From contig JANODX010000123.1 of the NCBI GenBank assembly GCA_031412915.1, positions 61,182 to 125,181 of the forward strand: a stretch of 64,000 nt of DNA, given 5' to 3'. The DNA is from Vicinamibacteria bacterium (GTDB lineage: Bacteria; Acidobacteriota; Vicinamibacteria; Fen-336; JAGNNV01). The notes under the pieces were generated by a model, which was given only the letters and a program-made list of their open reading frames with translations, was not told the origin of the DNA and did not search any database. Below, one piece after another: positions 49,574 to 59,792 of this stretch (position 1 is its first letter; the number at the start of each line of letters is the position of its first letter). A program made the translations under genes and the position numbers.

Positions 49574-50806
49574 CTAGGCCAGGTAGTCCGGTTCCATCGC
49601 GGCGGGAGCGCCGAACGGGTAGCCCGTGACTTCGAGAAGGTGCATCCTCCTCAACTCTGGCCGGGCGTGGATCTGCCGGATCTGCTCGTTCTGCTTCTCG
49701 ATAAAGGCCGCTGAGTTCTCCTCGGCCGCCATCTCCAATTCGAGGGCCGCCTGATGATTGCGGGCGATGATTCGATCGAACAGAGGCTTCTGCAGTTTCT
49801 GATAGTTGAGCAACGCCTGCCGCACCTTTTCCGCAGCCGAGACCTCGGCCACCGAGGGCAGACAGTCGATGAGACGGGGCAGGCTCAAAAGCCCCATGTT
49901 CAGCCCCTGCCCGCGGGCGGGATGGACGGAATGCGCGGCGTCGCCGACCAGAACCGTGTTGCCGCTCACGTAGTCGAGGGCATGGATCATTCGCACCGGG
50001 TAGAAACCCGCGATCTCCGATTCGAAGCTCTTCAGGACGTCTGCGCGCCGACCCAGAAGCTGCGCCCGTCCTTCCCTGGTCGACTTCTTCCACCACGGAA
50101 TTCCCTCGGCTCCGACGGGGAGAGTCACCTTGATGCCGTCGTCCATGCGTTGCTGGATGGACAGGACGCCGTGAGGACCGGAGTAGCGGAAGAGATTGTC
50201 GTCGGGCTTCAGGCGAGCGGGGCGTTTTCCGAAGAGAGCGACCATCGGATGACGGTAGGGGTGTTCGAAGGTGGCGAATTTGAGGGTCGAGCGGACGACC
50301 GAATTCGTCCCATCGGCGCCCACCACGATGTGGGGTTTGATCAGGACCTCCTCATCGCCGGCGTGAATCTTCAACGAGCGTATCCGTCCGTCGACCACCT
50401 TGAACTCCCGGGCCACCGCCGGTTTGAACAGATCGAAATTCGAACCCTCCGAAGCGATTTCGAGGAAGATGTCGGCGAGCAACTCATGGTTGCACACGAG
50501 GAAATAGGGATAGGGGATGGGGAGTTCGGAGTAGTCGGCCTTGAGGAGCGGCTCTCCGCAGCAGGTGCGGTACTCATGGCCATTGCGGTGGGTGGCGCCG
50601 CGGGCGTGGAAGCGATCCAAAACGCCCCACCGCGCGAGGGAATCGACATTGCACGGCTGCAGGTGATCGCCGAGGGCGGTGTCGAGCGGGCCCTTCCGCT
50701 GGTCGACGAGAACGACCCAGTACCCGCTGTCGCGGAGGGCGCAGGCTAGAGCCGTGCCCGCAGTGCCGCCCCCCACGATGAGGACATCGGTCTCCACGGT
50801 CTTCAT
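49574..50806 (-). CDS. FAD-dependent monooxygenase (UbiH/Coq6/geranylgeranyl-reductase-like)
   Basis: DVLIVGGGTAGTALA Rossmann motif, DG and GD FAD-binding motifs. ATG start at complement 50804-50806; the ORF-track TTG start lies further upstream. Confidence 0.8.
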   Translation of the reverse strand: MKTVETDVLIVGGGTAGTALACALRDSGYWVVLVDQRKGPLDTALGDHLQPCNVDSLARWGVLDRFHARGATHRNGHEYRTCCGEPLLKADYSELPIPYPYFLVCNHELLADIFLEIASEGSNFDLFKPAVAREFKVVDGRIRSLKIHAGDEEVLIKPHIVVGADGTNSVVRSTLKFATFEHPYRHPMVALFGKRPARLKPDDNLFRYSGPHGVLSIQQRMDDGIKVTLPVGAEGIPWWKKSTREGRAQLLGRRADVLKSFESEIAGFYPVRMIHALDYVSGNTVLVGDAAHSVHPARGQGLNMGLLSLPRLIDCLPSVAEVSAAEKVRQALLNYQKLQKPLFDRIIARNHQAALELEMAAEENSAAFIEKQNEQIRQIHARPELRRMHLLEVTGYPFGAPAAMEPDYLA

Positions 50807-51020
50807 CGCACCAAAACTAGAATCGACGGGACCGCCGGTCAATAGTTCATTTGAATCTGGCCTCCTGACCCCGCCGAATCAGCTCGGTCGGGTGTCCTCT
50901 GACGCCTCCGCCCAAGGGTCTTGAGGAGTCCCTCGCGATTCGGTCCTCGCCGCGTCCGGTCAGGACCTTTCGAATGTGGGCGGCCATGGGTGTAGGCATG
51001 GAGCCCCGAGCATGTCTCGA

Positions 51021-52148
51021 CTAAGAGGTCAGGACCCGAAGATGAACGCGACCGTCTTTGGGAAACTGAATCGGGGTCGGCTTCTTGGTGACGGCGCAGG
51101 ACTGGCAGATCGGCTCGCCCCCGGTCTTGCTGTCCCAAGTGCGGTGGCGATGCGCGTTTCGCAGGCGTTCGAAATTCTCGGACAGCCAGGCCTTCTGCAC
51201 CGTGGTCATCGGAGCGTCGGCTCCCGCCACGACCGGACCGCCGTCTATCTCCAGAGTGAACCCCTGGCAGCACGGCATGGTGTGCCGCCCGTCCCAGGTC
51301 ACCACCATCCGCCGGAACGGATCGGAACACTGGAACTCGGCGGCGCTGAGATCGGTCCAGTGCGCGGCCTGCCACGAGTGCTGGGCCCCCGCCGGCAGGT
51401 AGCACTCGGAAACCGACATCCAATCGACGCCCATCTCCTTGCGCCAGAACTCCTCCATCCGGCCGGAGTCGAGATCATCGGCGTTGATCTTGGTGCGCAC
51501 CACCGAAGCGCGGATCTTGAGATCTTTAGCACCCTTGCCCTCATTGCGGGCGTTGACCGACTCGCGGACCGAGTGGAGCAGAATGTCCCACTGCCCGCCC
51601 ACGCGCTGCCGGTGGTACGTCGTTTCATCGCAGGCGTCCACGGAAAACATCAGATCGGTGATGCCGGCTTCGACGACCTGGCGGAAGAGTTTCTTGTTCT
51701 TGCGCGCCCCGCCGTTCCCGTTCGTGTTCATCATCAGATCCGGAAAGCCGAGGGCTCTCGCCTCGCGGATGAAAGACACGATGCGCGGATGGAGCGACGG
51801 TTCGCCGCGATAGTTGAACTTGATCGAGGAGACGCCGATGTCGGCGCACTGCTGGATCAGACGGCCGTAGAGAACCGGGTCCATGTAGCCCCGCTGGTAG
51901 GAGAAGTCCTCCATCCCCTGCATGCGGATGTGCTCGTGGGTCCAGATCTGGCAGAACCCCTTCGGGTCTTCCTCGGTGCTGCCGCAGCGCAGATCGCACA
52001 CCGCCACGGTCTCGATGTCGGCGTGCACCGGATGGTCGGAGGCATCGAGGTCGGTTTCGCGACGATCCCATTCCTGCCGGTACGCCTCGTAAACGTTCGA
52101 TCGTCTGGGCGCGTCGACGAGGACTCGGAAGGTAGGGTCTTTGGACAT
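51021..52148 (-). CDS. radical-SAM-fold enzyme with non-canonical CX3CX10C cluster motif and Cys-rich C-terminal (twitch/SPASM-like) tail
   Basis: Radical-SAM core elements present: NYRGEPSLHP (GGE-like), DLMMNTNGN, SVDACDETTYHRQR. But the Fe-S loop is VAVCDLRCGSTEEDPKGFCQ. C-terminus has CC...CxxC. Confidence 0.65.
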   Translation of the reverse strand: MSKDPTFRVLVDAPRRSNVYEAYRQEWDRRETDLDASDHPVHADIETVAVCDLRCGSTEEDPKGFCQIWTHEHIRMQGMEDFSYQRGYMDPVLYGRLIQQCADIGVSSIKFNYRGEPSLHPRIVSFIREARALGFPDLMMNTNGNGGARKNKKLFRQVVEAGITDLMFSVDACDETTYHRQRVGGQWDILLHSVRESVNARNEGKGAKDLKIRASVVRTKINADDLDSGRMEEFWRKEMGVDWMSVSECYLPAGAQHSWQAAHWTDLSAAEFQCSDPFRRMVVTWDGRHTMPCCQGFTLEIDGGPVVAGADAPMTTVQKAWLSENFERLRNAHRHRTWDSKTGGEPICQSCAVTKKPTPIQFPKDGRVHLRVLTS

Positions 52149-52198
52149 GGAGCACTTCAGTCTAGGCGGGAGCGGCCGAAAACGCCGCGGCCCGGGAG

Positions 52199-53002
52199 TC
52201 AGGAAACAGGCATGACCTCGATCTCAAACACCCAGGGCCACTTCTTGCCGGTCACGAAGATTCGATCGCCGGCTTTATCCCAGGCGATGCCGTTCAGGAC
52301 GTCTCCCTCGGGACCGCGGGCTTCCGGACGGAGGAGACCGGTGAGATCGATCCAGCCCTTGACCTGTCCGGTGTGGGGATTGATCCTTGCGATCCGGTCC
52401 GTCTGCCAGACGTTGGCCCAGAGTTCCCCGCGCACGAATTCAAGTTCGTTGAGCCGCTCCACCGGCCGCTGGCCTTCGAGGACTTGAACACTGCGCACGG
52501 GCTTCTGGGTCCTGGGGTCGAGGAAGAAGAGCCGCGACGAGCCATCGCTCATGACCAGCGACTTTCCGTCGGACGCCATGCCCCATCCTTCGGTGGGATA
52601 GGTGAAGGTTCGCAGGCGCTTCAGGGTGGTCTTATCGTGGACAAAGCCCACGTTCTCCTCCCAGGTCAGCTGGAGCAACTCGTTGCCGACGAGGGCCAGA
52701 CCCTCCGCGAAGTACTGAGCCTCGACGGGTATCTGCTGGATCACCCTGCCCGTCGCCGGAGTCACCTTGCGCAAGGTCGAATGCCCGCGCAGGCCCGTGC
52801 TCTCGTAGAAGATCCCGTCCGCGAAGACGAGCCCTTGCGTGAAGGCGGTCGGATCGTGCGGAAAGGCTTTGACCACTCGGAAGCTGAACCGAGGCGTCCG
52901 CGGATCGGGCCGGGCCTGAAAAGCGAACAGAGCGATCGCGGGAGCCACGAGGACGGAGATGGTGGTCGCAGACAGGCGGCGGGACAACCGGGGCAGAGGC
53001 AC
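52199..53002 (-). CDS. secreted glutaminyl-peptide cyclotransferase (plant/bacterial beta-propeller type)
   Basis: Signal peptide. Matches the PF05096-type QC pattern: FRVVKAFPHDPTAFTQGLVFADGIFYESTGLRGHSTLRKV..., LNELEFVRGELWANVWQTDRIARINPHTGQV. Confidence 0.75.
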   Translation of the reverse strand: MPLPRLSRRLSATTISVLVAPAIALFAFQARPDPRTPRFSFRVVKAFPHDPTAFTQGLVFADGIFYESTGLRGHSTLRKVTPATGRVIQQIPVEAQYFAEGLALVGNELLQLTWEENVGFVHDKTTLKRLRTFTYPTEGWGMASDGKSLVMSDGSSRLFFLDPRTQKPVRSVQVLEGQRPVERLNELEFVRGELWANVWQTDRIARINPHTGQVKGWIDLTGLLRPEARGPEGDVLNGIAWDKAGDRIFVTGKKWPWVFEIEVMPVS

Positions 53003-53040
53003 GGGCGGAATCTAGCGCCTTGGGACCGTCGGGCGGGTGC

Positions 53041-53520
53041 TCACCAGGATTTCACCCTGCGGGCGACGGCGAGCAGGGCGGAACAAGCCGCCCAGGTCGC
53101 AAGGGGCAGGATGAGCGCCCCCGCAAAAAGGACATGGGCTGCCGCGTGCGCCCAGTTCTTCCCATCGATGGGAAGCGGCGTCCCCCCTTCAGAAGCGGGA
53201 TAGAAGTCGGGGACCGTGTAGATGTTGTCGTGGCCGGTGAAGATGGCCAGGACGATCGCAAGCGCCACCAGGGACTGCGAGAACAGACCCTGGACGAAGC
53301 ACATGGCGTAGAGGTGCTTAAAGGTCAGGCCTTCGCGCTTGGCGACGAGGGCGTAGTAGGGAAGCGCCAGGATCAGGACGAAGGTGATGCTGAGGATCTT
53401 CCCCGCGGAGTCGGGCACGCCGCCCGTCGACATGACGAGGCGGATGAGAAAGACCACGAAGATGGCGATCAGGGCCGGCGCCTGAAGGCCGAGGTAGTAA
53501 GTCAGGGGCTTGCCGAACAT
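53041..53520 (-). CDS. hypothetical 4-TM membrane protein
   Basis: 159 aa, four hydrophobic helices, good GC3. Confidence 0.65.
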   Translation of the reverse strand: MFGKPLTYYLGLQAPALIAIFVVFLIRLVMSTGGVPDSAGKILSITFVLILALPYYALVAKREGLTFKHLYAMCFVQGLFSQSLVALAIVLAIFTGHDNIYTVPDFYPASEGGTPLPIDGKNWAHAAAHVLFAGALILPLATWAACSALLAVARRVKSW

Positions 53521-53595
53521 GAGGGTCTCCTTGAGAGTCGGGCCGTCTCCGCGAGGACGTTAACACCAGGCACGATGCGCGGGCCCGACGGGCGT

Positions 53596-54723
53596 CTACC
53601 GTGGCACGGCCGGCTGGTTGTATCCGATGTCGGTCAGGGAGAGCTGAATGTAGTCGTAGGGATCGCCTCCCTCGGGATGCCAGCGGCCCGCGCCAGAGGC
53701 ACTTACGGTATGAGCGCCGAAGGTCTGGTAACCGCCGAGCGGGGTCGACCACCGCATGGCCGTGAACGATTTCCCGTCGGCGGACCCGGCAAGCCGATCG
53801 TCGGACACGAAATCGACGAGTTCGCCCGCCTCGTTGAAAGTCAGCACCGCCTGAATGGTGACGCCGGCGTTCGTGAACGCGCCGCTGAGGTTTTGGGCAT
53901 CGATCTCCCGCCATTGGATCTTCGGGTCGATCAGCGACCCGGGAGCGAAGACGCACATGTCGTTGAAGAGGGTGACGGTCTCGGCCTTCGTCATCTCGGG
54001 GCCCTTTGCGTCGACGATGGAGAAGATCGACGCCACCTTGACCCGCATCCTGGCCGTGCCGTCCTCGAAGCGATGGAGGGCCTGGACCGGAATGCCGTAC
54101 ATCGAGGCGTCCATGATGAAGAAGCGCGCAGGCCGATCGAGAAAATTGTACTGCTCGCCGGTGAAGCTCATCCACGGCGCGGTGGGGCCGCTGCGGATCC
54201 GGCCTTTGAAGGTGAGATGAAAATTCTGAATTCGGGGCTGGCCCAAGGCGCCGGTGAGTGCCAGGTACTTCCGAAGAGCGGCCGGCAAGGAGGCGATGTC
54301 TGTCTCGGCCAGGACCGGCTGCGGTGCGGATCGGCCGAGACCGGCCAGCGCCTGCCTTTCGAACTCCGCACGGAAGCTCAGGGGGCCATGCGAAGCGAAG
54401 CCGAAAATCACTCCGGCGAGGACGATGATGTTGGCGATGGTCCCGAACTTCGCGTCCGTCCAGGACGCCATGATCACAACCTGCGAGACGGCGACGGCCA
54501 GGGCGCCGACCATCCACCATGTCCGTGGCCAGGCAAAGAGTGCGCCGAGAGTGGCGAGAAGAAGGCCGGTCGCCAGGAGCCAGCCGAAACCCAGGGGACG
54601 GGAGATGGGCTCTTTGAGCTGCGGGAGTTGGGCGTAGGCAAACGCCTTCGCGAACCCCATCAGGTGGATGAGGCCATGAACCAGGAGAAGTGCTGCGAAA
54701 AGCCATTTCATGGATCCCTCCAT
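53596..54723 (-). CDS. hypothetical membrane protein: DoxX-like 4-TM N-terminal domain plus about 230-aa C-terminal domain of unknown function
   Basis: N-terminus LLLVHGLIHLMGFAKAF... plus 3 more TM helices; a soluble C-terminal domain with no family I can name. Confidence 0.7.
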   Translation of the reverse strand: MEGSMKWLFAALLLVHGLIHLMGFAKAFAYAQLPQLKEPISRPLGFGWLLATGLLLATLGALFAWPRTWWMVGALAVAVSQVVIMASWTDAKFGTIANIIVLAGVIFGFASHGPLSFRAEFERQALAGLGRSAPQPVLAETDIASLPAALRKYLALTGALGQPRIQNFHLTFKGRIRSGPTAPWMSFTGEQYNFLDRPARFFIMDASMYGIPVQALHRFEDGTARMRVKVASIFSIVDAKGPEMTKAETVTLFNDMCVFAPGSLIDPKIQWREIDAQNLSGAFTNAGVTIQAVLTFNEAGELVDFVSDDRLAGSADGKSFTAMRWSTPLGGYQTFGAHTVSASGAGRWHPEGGDPYDYIQLSLTDIGYNQPAVPR

Positions 54724-54823
54724 GGCCGGCCAGGTGAGGCCGGCGAACGATTGTCGTCCAACGGACTATGCCTCCGGACACCTTCGCATGAAATGGTTCA
54801 AACGCTTCCTTGTCATGATGCAG

Positions 54824-55140
54824 CCGGGGTTTTTGGGGGGGCCGGGTCCGTGTCTGGCCCCTGGGCCCGGGCACTTGGCCGCAGCCTCGGCGACCCCGGA
54901 ATCGATTTGCCGGATTCACTCGGGCAAATCGAGCGTAATGACGACTCGACGAGGCGGAGGCCGGGGGGTTGTAGGGGGGGCCGGGTCCGTGTCTGGCCCT
55001 TGGGCCCGGACACTTGGCCGCAGCCTCGGCGACTCCGAAGTCGATCCGCCTGATTCACTCGGGCGGATCGAGCATGATGACGACTCGACGAGGCGGAGGC
55101 CGGGGGGTTGTAGGGGGGGCCGGGTCCGTGTCTGGCCCCC
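54824..55140. repeat. 138-bp tandem repeat, 2.3 copies, each with a conserved hairpin showing compensatory base changes and G7-8 homopolymer tracts
   Basis: Copies at about 54824-54961 and 54962-55099, with a partial third at 55100-55140. Hairpin GATTTGCC-ggattcactcg-GGCAAATC in copy 1 versus GATCCGCC-tgattcactcg-GGCGGATC in copy 2. Confidence 0.85.
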
Positions 55141-55150
55141 CCTACCTAAA

Positions 55151-55930
55151 CTACGTCCCCGGCACCGCACCACCATCGACGGAAAGGCAGTGCCCGCTGA
55201 TGAAGCTTGCCTGGTCGCTGGCCAGGAACACGTAGGCCGCCGCGATGTCCTCGACCCGGCCCATGCGACCGAGCGGGGTGTGCTGGACCATCGATTCCAG
55301 CGCCTTTTGAGGCATCTGCCGCACCATCTCGGTCTCGATGAACCCCGGCGCAATCGCGTTCACACGAATGCCATGCTTCCCCATCTCCCGGGCCCAGACC
55401 TTCGTCATTCCGATGACCCCGGCCTTGGTGGCGACATAGTTGGTCTGGCCGAAGTTTCCGTAGAGGCCGACCACCGAGGAGGCGGAAATGATCACCCCGG
55501 ACTTTCGCCCGATCATGTGGGGGGCCACCGCGCGCGTGCAGAGGAAAACGCCGCGCAGGTTGGCGTCGATGACCAGGTCGAACTGTTCGTCGGACATGAC
55601 CGAGACCTGGCCGTCCTTGACCTTGACCAGCATGCCGTCACGCAGAATCCCCGCGTTGTTGATCAGGACGTCTATCTGACCGAAGGCTTCCAGCACTTTC
55701 GCGGTCGCGGCCTGGACGAGCGCGGCGTCCGCCACGGAGACGCGCGTGAACGTAGCTTGGGGGGCTCCCGCGGCTTTCAGTTCGGAGACGATCGCCCCCT
55801 CGTCGCCCTTCACGTCCCACACCGCCACCCGGCATCCCTCGGTCGCAAAGGCCCTGGCCGCGCCTTGGCCGATGCCCGCCGCTCCACCGGTGATCACGAC
55901 AACTTTGTTCTTGAGACCTGTATCAATCAT
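55151..55930 (-). CDS. SDR-family oxidoreductase (FabG-like)
   Basis: VVVITGGAAGIGQG (TGxxxGxG), catalytic YxxxK region, and the PG motif. Confidence 0.9.
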   Translation of the reverse strand: MIDTGLKNKVVVITGGAAGIGQGAARAFATEGCRVAVWDVKGDEGAIVSELKAAGAPQATFTRVSVADAALVQAATAKVLEAFGQIDVLINNAGILRDGMLVKVKDGQVSVMSDEQFDLVIDANLRGVFLCTRAVAPHMIGRKSGVIISASSVVGLYGNFGQTNYVATKAGVIGMTKVWAREMGKHGIRVNAIAPGFIETEMVRQMPQKALESMVQHTPLGRMGRVEDIAAAYVFLASDQASFISGHCLSVDGGAVPGT

Positions 55931-56001
55931 GGGATTGCGGTTTTAGCAGAAGAGACCATGCCGGACGCCTCGCTCTCAAGAAGGGATCCGAAGGGCTGCC
56001 G

Positions 56002-57657
56002 CTACTGGACTCTTCCCTCGCTCCGCCGCAGATCGATCACGTTGAGGCCCAGTTTCGGGAGGCTGATTTCCAGGCCATCGGGAGCGCCCGGCTCCAGAAT
56101 CACGTTGGTGACGCCCCAGGACAGAAGGGTGGCCGCGAACCTCTCGGGCCGATGGTCGAGCAGATCACCCAGGCCATTCACGTGGTCGGCGAGGGCTTGA
56201 GATCGCCGCGACACCAGACCGGTCACGATCTTCCTTCGGTGCTGGGTCTGAAGCAGGACGGCGAAACCATCGAGCGTGGTCAGGGGAATGTTGCAGACCT
56301 CTCCGGGCACGAGTCGAGTCAGGTCGAGCGGGGAGACGAAGGGCTTCGCGAGCGACCGGGGCGACCACATTTCGAGGCCGGCGCCCACCGCAAGCAGGCC
56401 GACCAGAGCGGCGCCTCGCCGGCTCTTCCGCTCGACCTGGGACAGGAGCCGGGCTGCGGGAATGGTCAGGAAGAACAAGGCGAACAGCACGCAGCGAACC
56501 GGCGTCCTCCCCATGGAAAAGGGCGGAACGGACATCAGAAAGGAGTACGGCATCGGGATACCGGGATCGGATCCAAACACCTTGAGCGACGGTCCAAGAC
56601 TCAGGACCAGAAACCCCAGGGCGAACCCGCCGCACAACCGGGTCCAGAAGTCCCGGAAGCGGATGAGACCGAAGACTGCGGAGCCTGCCAGTACGAATCC
56701 CAGAAAGGCCTCCCGGCCGCCGACACCCTTTCCGATCCAGCCATGCACCGGAGCCATGAACGACAGCCACGGCTGGGTGACCGGATCGGGGACGAGAAAG
56801 GCGGCGAGGTTGGCCGACCAGAACCCCGCCTGTCGCACGTTCATCGGCTGAGCCCCGCTGCTCGCCCAGGCGACGGCGAAAGGCGAAACAAGGATCGCGG
56901 CCAGAGCGAGGGCCAGAGACATGCGTTGGAGCCCGAGGGCGCGCAAACGCGTGGACACCTCGAGGCGCGTTCCCGCGCGCGCCAGCAGAATCGCGCCCAT
57001 GACGAGGAACGCCGCCCAGGCGAAGGCGATCAGCTCACCGAAATAGGGACCGCCGCCGAACAGGAACGCCACCAGGAGAACCGGCCCCATCCTCGGGCGC
57101 TCCCACAGACTCACCAGGCACCGGCCGACGAGGGGGAGGATGGCGGCCACGGCAAGATGGTTCAGGTGCGGGGCGTGGAGCTGATTGAAAGGCGAAAACG
57201 CGTAGCCGATGGTGACGGCGAGGGCGCTGAGCGCGCCGGACCCGATCCTTCGGAGGAAGGCATAGGTGGCGAAGGTGATCGCGACGTAGCACAGGCCAAT
57301 GGCGACCTTGTACGCGATCAACGGATAAAGGAGGTCATCCGGATCCCCCGGGACAGGTTCCGTCCACCCGCGCCAGAGCTTCACCATCGCCGTGACCGGA
57401 AAAAAGGCCGGGGTGAGAACGTGGGCGGCGAGCGAGGTTCCGACGGGGTGAAAGACGATGTCCGAATGAAGAGGCGATTGAAAGGAAGAAATCGCCCGAT
57501 CCACGCTCCACATGTTCCACACCAGCTGCCCGTAGTCCGTGCCCAGAACGGGAAGGCCGTCGAGCGGGAGGACCTGGGTCCAGGTGAAGAGCAGGGCGAG
57601 CGGAACGGAGAGAAGGGCCGCGATTCCAAGCTCCCTTCGGGAGGGAGACGAGGTCAC
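56002..57657 (-). CDS. large polytopic membrane protein, GT-C-like (putative membrane glycosyl/arabinosyltransferase or DUF2079-type)
   Basis: 551 aa with more than 10 TM helices and loop regions; no catalytic motif I can assign. Confidence 0.6.
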   Translation of the reverse strand: MTSSPSRRELGIAALLSVPLALLFTWTQVLPLDGLPVLGTDYGQLVWNMWSVDRAISSFQSPLHSDIVFHPVGTSLAAHVLTPAFFPVTAMVKLWRGWTEPVPGDPDDLLYPLIAYKVAIGLCYVAITFATYAFLRRIGSGALSALAVTIGYAFSPFNQLHAPHLNHLAVAAILPLVGRCLVSLWERPRMGPVLLVAFLFGGGPYFGELIAFAWAAFLVMGAILLARAGTRLEVSTRLRALGLQRMSLALALAAILVSPFAVAWASSGAQPMNVRQAGFWSANLAAFLVPDPVTQPWLSFMAPVHGWIGKGVGGREAFLGFVLAGSAVFGLIRFRDFWTRLCGGFALGFLVLSLGPSLKVFGSDPGIPMPYSFLMSVPPFSMGRTPVRCVLFALFFLTIPAARLLSQVERKSRRGAALVGLLAVGAGLEMWSPRSLAKPFVSPLDLTRLVPGEVCNIPLTTLDGFAVLLQTQHRRKIVTGLVSRRSQALADHVNGLGDLLDHRPERFAATLLSWGVTNVILEPGAPDGLEISLPKLGLNVIDLRRSEGRVQ

Positions 57658-59792
57658 GCCTTGCTGTCGCGCTTGATCGGCTCGAGGGTGAGAGGCGCCG
57701 CCCTGAGCTTGTCGGCCCGACCCTTCGCGTCTTCGTAGAGCCTGGTCTGGGCACGGGAGGGTTCCTCGCCCTTCCCCGCTTTGCGACGGCGGTACGTCCC
57801 GTCCGGCTCCAGAACGCGGGCCTTCTGGTTTTCCTCGAACACCCAGTCCAAGACGGTGGAAAGCCGCTCGATCGCCTCTTTCGAGGTGATGCGCGTCATC
57901 AACTCGATGCGCCGGTCCAGGTTTCGCGGCATCCAGTCGGCACTCGCGATGTAGTGCTCCTCATCCCCCGCGTTCGAGAAGTGATAGATCCTCGAGTGTT
58001 CGAGGTATCGGTCGACGATCGAAACCACCTCGATGTTCTCGGAGATGCCCTTGAGTCCGGGCCGCAGACAGCAGATGCCCCGCACGTTGAGCTTTATCCT
58101 CACTCCCGCCTTCGAGGCCGCATACAACGCGCGGATGATGTCCTCGTCGACGAGGGCATTCATCCTGGCCCGGATGAGGCCGGCCTGGCCTTCTTCGGCG
58201 CGACGGCGCTCCCGGTCGATCATCGAGAGAATGCGGGTGCGAAGGGCCATCGGGGCCATGGTGAGGTGCTGCATGGTGGGAGGGTCGGAAAACCCCGTGA
58301 TGGCGTTGAAGAAGGCCGAGAGGTCGCGCCCCAGGATTTCGTCCGACGAGAGAAGGCCTATGTCCGTATAGAGCTTCGAGGTCTTCTCGTTGTAGTTGCC
58401 GGTGGACAGGTGCACATAGCGCCTGATCCCCTGCGGTTCGCGACGCACGACCAGGGTGGCCTTGGCGTGGGTCTTCAGGCCCCGGATGCCGTAGATGACA
58501 TGGGCGCCCGCATCCTCGAGCCTTCGCGCCCAGCGGATGTTCGAGGCTTCGTCGAAGCGGGCGGTCAGTTCCACCACCACCGTCACCTGCTTGCCCGATT
58601 CGGCGGCGGCGGCGAGCGCCTTGATCACCTCGGAATCGGGAGCCGGGCGATAGAGGGTCTGCTTGATGGCCAGCACCTGGGAGTCGGAGGCCGCCTGCCG
58701 GACGAAATCGATGACCGTCTCGAACGATTCATAGGGGTGGTGCAGGAGCACATCGCGGCCGGAGAGCACAGCGAACAGGTCGGCCGATTCCGAGGGCACC
58801 AGGGCGACCTGGGGCCGCTGAGCGGGGTCCCGGAAGGAGTCGAGGGTCGGAAGGTCGAGGATCTGGAAGAAGAGCCGGAGATCGAGAGGACCGCTGATTC
58901 GGTAGACGAGGGGCTCGGCGCCGGGGAATCGAGCCGTCAATTGCGCGAGCAGCCCCTCCGACGCCTTCGCATCGATGTCGAGACGGATCACCTGCGATCG
59001 GCGCCGGCCCTTGACTTCGTCCTCCACCAGGGAGAGAAAGTCGTCGCCGCCGCCTTCGTCGTCGATGTCGAGTTCGGCGTCTCTGAGAACCCGGAACGCG
59101 CACGCATCTCGCACGGCCTGGCCGGGGAAGAGCGCACTCAACTGGGACAAAACGACGGTTTCGAGCCTGACGTAGGTGGACTCGGCGCCCGACACCCGGA
59201 CCAGACGCGGCAAAACGGCCGGCACCGGCACCACCCCGAGTCTGGGGTCGCCCCCGGTCGTCTCCGGCTCGAGGAGAACCGCGATATTCATCGACAGGGA
59301 AGGCAGCATCGGGAAGGGTCGCGCGGCGTCGATCCCGAGCGGCGTCACCACGGGCTGGACCTCGTCCTTGAAGAAACGCACCACCCCGGGCCGCAGGGAC
59401 GCGTCGAGATCCGCGAAGTCGACGATGCGAATCCCGATCGCCTCCAGGCTGGGCAGGACATCGCGTTCGGAGAGCTCATGCAGACGCTTCAGCTGCAGAG
59501 CCGCCATCTCCTTCACCACCGCCAACTGCTGGGCGGGCGAGAGCCCGGCGGAATCAGGCGTGGTATCGCCCTCGGCAATGGCGTTCTTGAGGGAAGCCAC
59601 CCGGACCATGAAAAATTCGTCCAGATTGTTCGTGACGATGGCCATGAACTTGGCCCGCTCGGCCAGCGGCGTGGCGGCATCTTCCGCCTCCTCGAGGACT
59701 CGGGAGTTGAACGAAAGCCACGAAAGCTCGCGGTTGAAGAAGATCTCCGGATCCTGGGCCTTTCGCCGGAGCTTCGACTTGCTCTTCATCAC
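57654..59792 (-). CDS. ppk: polyphosphate kinase 1
   Basis: FFNRELSWLSFNSRVLEEA..., two PLD-like C-terminal domains; full PPK1 length. Confidence 0.95.
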   Translation of the reverse strand: MMKSKSKLRRKAQDPEIFFNRELSWLSFNSRVLEEAEDAATPLAERAKFMAIVTNNLDEFFMVRVASLKNAIAEGDTTPDSAGLSPAQQLAVVKEMAALQLKRLHELSERDVLPSLEAIGIRIVDFADLDASLRPGVVRFFKDEVQPVVTPLGIDAARPFPMLPSLSMNIAVLLEPETTGGDPRLGVVPVPAVLPRLVRVSGAESTYVRLETVVLSQLSALFPGQAVRDACAFRVLRDAELDIDDEGGGDDFLSLVEDEVKGRRRSQVIRLDIDAKASEGLLAQLTARFPGAEPLVYRISGPLDLRLFFQILDLPTLDSFRDPAQRPQVALVPSESADLFAVLSGRDVLLHHPYESFETVIDFVRQAASDSQVLAIKQTLYRPAPDSEVIKALAAAAESGKQVTVVVELTARFDEASNIRWARRLEDAGAHVIYGIRGLKTHAKATLVVRREPQGIRRYVHLSTGNYNEKTSKLYTDIGLLSSDEILGRDLSAFFNAITGFSDPPTMQHLTMAPMALRTRILSMIDRERRRAEEGQAGLIRARMNALVDEDIIRALYAASKAGVRIKLNVRGICCLRPGLKGISENIEVVSIVDRYLEHSRIYHFSNAGDEEHYIASADWMPRNLDRRIELMTRITSKEAIERLSTVLDWVFEENQKARVLEPDGTYRRRKAGKGEEPSRAQTRLYEDAKGRADKLRAAPLTLEPIKRDSKA

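Noticed and set aside
53020-56200. 677-aa, 533-aa and 496-aa ORFs (53020..55053 +, 53318..54919 -, 54710..56200 +) plus small ORFs within 54813-55353
   Set aside because: Low-complexity shadows. The small ones are generated by the 138-bp tandem repeat and therefore contain duplicated peptide stretches.
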